NCBI GenBank assembly: GCA_031416075.1
Contig: JANOSY010000031.1
Span: forward strand, 72,912 to 136,911
DNA from: Candidatus Tenderia sp.
GTDB taxonomy: Bacteria > Pseudomonadota > Gammaproteobacteria > Tenderiales > Tenderiaceae
Direction: 5' to 3'
Length of the DNA stretch: 64,000 nucleotides
In this document: one piece after another, positions 62,155-64,000 of the stretch
Position numbering within the stretch: the first letter of the stretch is position 1
Layout of the letters: every line of letters begins with the position of its first letter
The notes under the pieces: generated by a model
Database searches by the model: none
What the model was told of the DNA's origin: nothing
The model's input: the letters and a program-made list of their open reading frames with translations, nothing else
Translations under genes and position numbers: made by a program

Positions 62155-62587
62155 CGATCAGCACCACGTCATCACCTACCTCTACCACCCCTGCTGTCAG
62201 TACCCGGCAGCAGACACCACCACGCCATTCGCTGGCCAGCGCAGCAAGCAGCCCTGGCGCAACATGCTCCATCCGTTCACAGGGGTCCGTCTCCTGGGTA
62301 ATCAGCAGCCTCAGCTTGCCTATTCCAACTATCTGCCCCTGGCTCTGTGGCAATGCCAGCCCTTCTATATAAAGGTTGGCGCGACGTTTGTGCCAAGGTA
62401 ATGATCCCCCAACATCTGCACACGCTGCCTGCCACCCTTCTTGAGTTAATACTGTGACCTGACGTTTGCCCGGCTTGCCTCGAAAGTCACCCACAGTACC
62501 GTTCTCTGGCGTAACCTCTGCCCGCTGCAACAGGATCATTTCACCACGGGCCTTGTTGCGAATCGCAATGCCCAATAAACTCGCCAT
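62147..62587 (-). CDS. MOSC domain protein
   Basis: RQVT, RRANL, ETDPCERME, RGG. Confidence 0.88.
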   Translation of the reverse strand: MASLLGIAIRNKARGEMILLQRAEVTPENGTVGDFRGKPGKRQVTVLTQEGWQAACADVGGSLPWHKRRANLYIEGLALPQSQGQIVGIGKLRLLITQETDPCERMEHVAPGLLAALASEWRGGVCCRVLTAGVVEVGDDVVLIDE

Positions 62588-62588
62588 C

Positions 62589-62936
62589 CTATATCCCTCC
62601 CAGCTTTAAAAAAGGTGTCACGGAGATATAAAGCACCAACAAAATAAGAGCGACATAGATCAGATACCGAAATGGCTGCTCGCTCACCATCTCAAACAAC
62701 GTACGAGGGACACACTCTTCCCGGATAATACGCTGCCGTTCCAGCTGATACGCTTCGATCAAGGCGCGTGCCTGCTCCAGCTGCATTTCATCGTTGAGCC
62801 AGATAGAAGGCATGGATATGCCCCAATTCCCGGCAGGTGTTTCATAATAGTCGATGGCATGATCGCCCAGTATGGTACGGATCTCATCGGCCTCATCATC
62901 AGGGACACCACGAAGTTTAAATAACTGTACTGGCAT
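62589..62936 (-). CDS. DUF6164 family membrane protein
   Basis: LRGVPDDEADEIR, YETPAGNWGIS...IW, C-terminal TM helix. Confidence 0.75.
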   Translation of the reverse strand: MPVQLFKLRGVPDDEADEIRTILGDHAIDYYETPAGNWGISMPSIWLNDEMQLEQARALIEAYQLERQRIIREECVPRTLFEMVSEQPFRYLIYVALILLVLYISVTPFLKLGGI

Positions 62937-63081
62937 AGGCACTTTTAGTTGATTGATATAGATGGCCAGTATATCCACCACAATAGAAAGCTGGAACAGC
63001 TAAACCCAATTAATGCTTTAATTTAAGCATGGTTAACATTGGTGCTATTGCCTGCTCTTACGCCACTGTACAATAGCCCTT

Positions 63082-63858
63082 ATGCTAAAAACCCTCTTCA
63101 CCTGCTGTCTCATCCTGCTCGCCAACGCCTCATGTGCAACTCCGTCTGCGCTCACGTTAAACAGCCATGACGCCATGATGATAGGGCAAAAGATCTGGCA
63201 TAACGAGGGGTTAGGTAAGGCTGAAAACCTCACCGTATGGAATAAGGGCGAGGAGTTTCCCTCCCTTGGCATAGGCCACTTCATCTGGTACCCCGCAGGC
63301 ATCACCGGCCCTTTTGAGGAGAGTTTCCCGCAACTCATCACATCACTGCGCCAGGAACGGACACTGCCACAGTGGTTGATCAACACCCATCAGGCTCCCT
63401 GGAGCAGTCGGGAACACTTTTACGCGGAAATCAACAGCCCACGCATGAATGAGTTACGCCAGCTCTTACAGGAAACCATCCCTCAGCAGACTGCGGTTAT
63501 CGTCAAACGGATGGGGGCAGCCCTGCCCAAAATGGTCACCAGCATCAGTAACAAAAGCCAACGCCAACATGTAGAACGGCAGTTCTACCGTGTGGCCAAT
63601 CAACCCAACGGCCTTTACGCCCTGATCGATTACGTCAATTTCAAGGGAGAAGGCACTTCACTAAAAGAGCGTTACAACAACCAGGGCTGGGGATTACTGC
63701 AGGTTTTGGAGTCAATGCCCGGCAAGGAGGATGCCATGGTTGAATTTGCCCGCGCTGCCGACTTTGTACTGACCCGCCGGGTACAAAATGCCCAGCGCGA
63801 CGAGTCACGCTGGCTACCGGGCTGGCGCAACCGCCTGAAGAGTTATTTGCCAGAGTAA
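63082..63858 (+). CDS. secreted conserved protein, lysozyme-like motifs
   Basis: Signal peptide; NEGL...SLGIGHFI, ALIDYVNFKGEG, SRWLPGWRNR. Confidence 0.65.
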   Translation: MLKTLFTCCLILLANASCATPSALTLNSHDAMMIGQKIWHNEGLGKAENLTVWNKGEEFPSLGIGHFIWYPAGITGPFEESFPQLITSLRQERTLPQWLINTHQAPWSSREHFYAEINSPRMNELRQLLQETIPQQTAVIVKRMGAALPKMVTSISNKSQRQHVERQFYRVANQPNGLYALIDYVNFKGEGTSLKERYNNQGWGLLQVLESMPGKEDAMVEFARAADFVLTRRVQNAQRDESRWLPGWRNRLKSYLPE

Positions 63859-63861
63859 TCC

Positions 63862-64000
63862 CAGGGCTCCCTCATTAAAATTTAGCCCTAAGAACGGTAT
63901 CCATAAAGCCGTAGTCCCAGCCGGCGAGCTTTCTCATCCTCTTCAAGCTCACTCGTGGATGATCCTTCTTCACCAAACGCAACAGATTCAGCACCGCCTT
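63862..64000 (-). mobile_element. ISAs1-family IS, right end with transposase C-terminus (63875-64000, truncated by the window)
   Basis: Minus-strand KAVLNLLRLVKKDHPRVSLKRMRKLAGWDYGFMDTVLRAKF* resembles the ISAs1 transposase tail (LNLL..S.KR.R..AGWD); terminal CAGGGCTCCCTCATTAAAA begins with the ISAs1-type CAGGGC. Confidence 0.72.

Overview
Chromosomal window from a gammaproteobacterium, probably an environmental or chemolithotroph-like lineage (inferred from gene content). It carries conserved housekeeping blocks: pyrG-kdsA-eno-ftsB-ispD-ispF, mrcB-lpoP, ftsK-lolA-rarA-crcB-serS-cysG-arfB, trxB-aat-bpt and rpfE-recJ. The main accessory elements are: (1) an ~18 kb divergent envelope locus (40797-58462) of 14 predicted exported genes, comprising Glt-like TPR proteins, three CxxCH c-type cytochrome proteins (one HzsA-like), a Tat-exported DUF1501-like protein, outer-membrane barrels and a TlpA-DUF4266-DUF3570 thiol module, with no adjacent TonB/ExbBD motor or ApbE; (2) a two-gene candidate anti-phage cassette inserted between ftsK and lolA, made of a Ppl-like PHP-ABC ATPase with degenerate metal ligands and a Schlafen/AlbA_2-HATPase; (3) a CHASE2 class III cyclase and a Crp-family regulator whose specificity residues both point away from cAMP; (4) an Arg32-type EF-P whose earP has decayed next to an IS5-like miniature element. 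Also present are a yybP-ykoY Mn riboswitch, a GlyGly-CTERM pseudogene, a lysozyme-like secreted protein, REP-like palindromes and the end of an ISAs1 element. No rRNA, tRNA or CRISPR array was seen. All family assignments come from motif recognition by eye; no database search was run.
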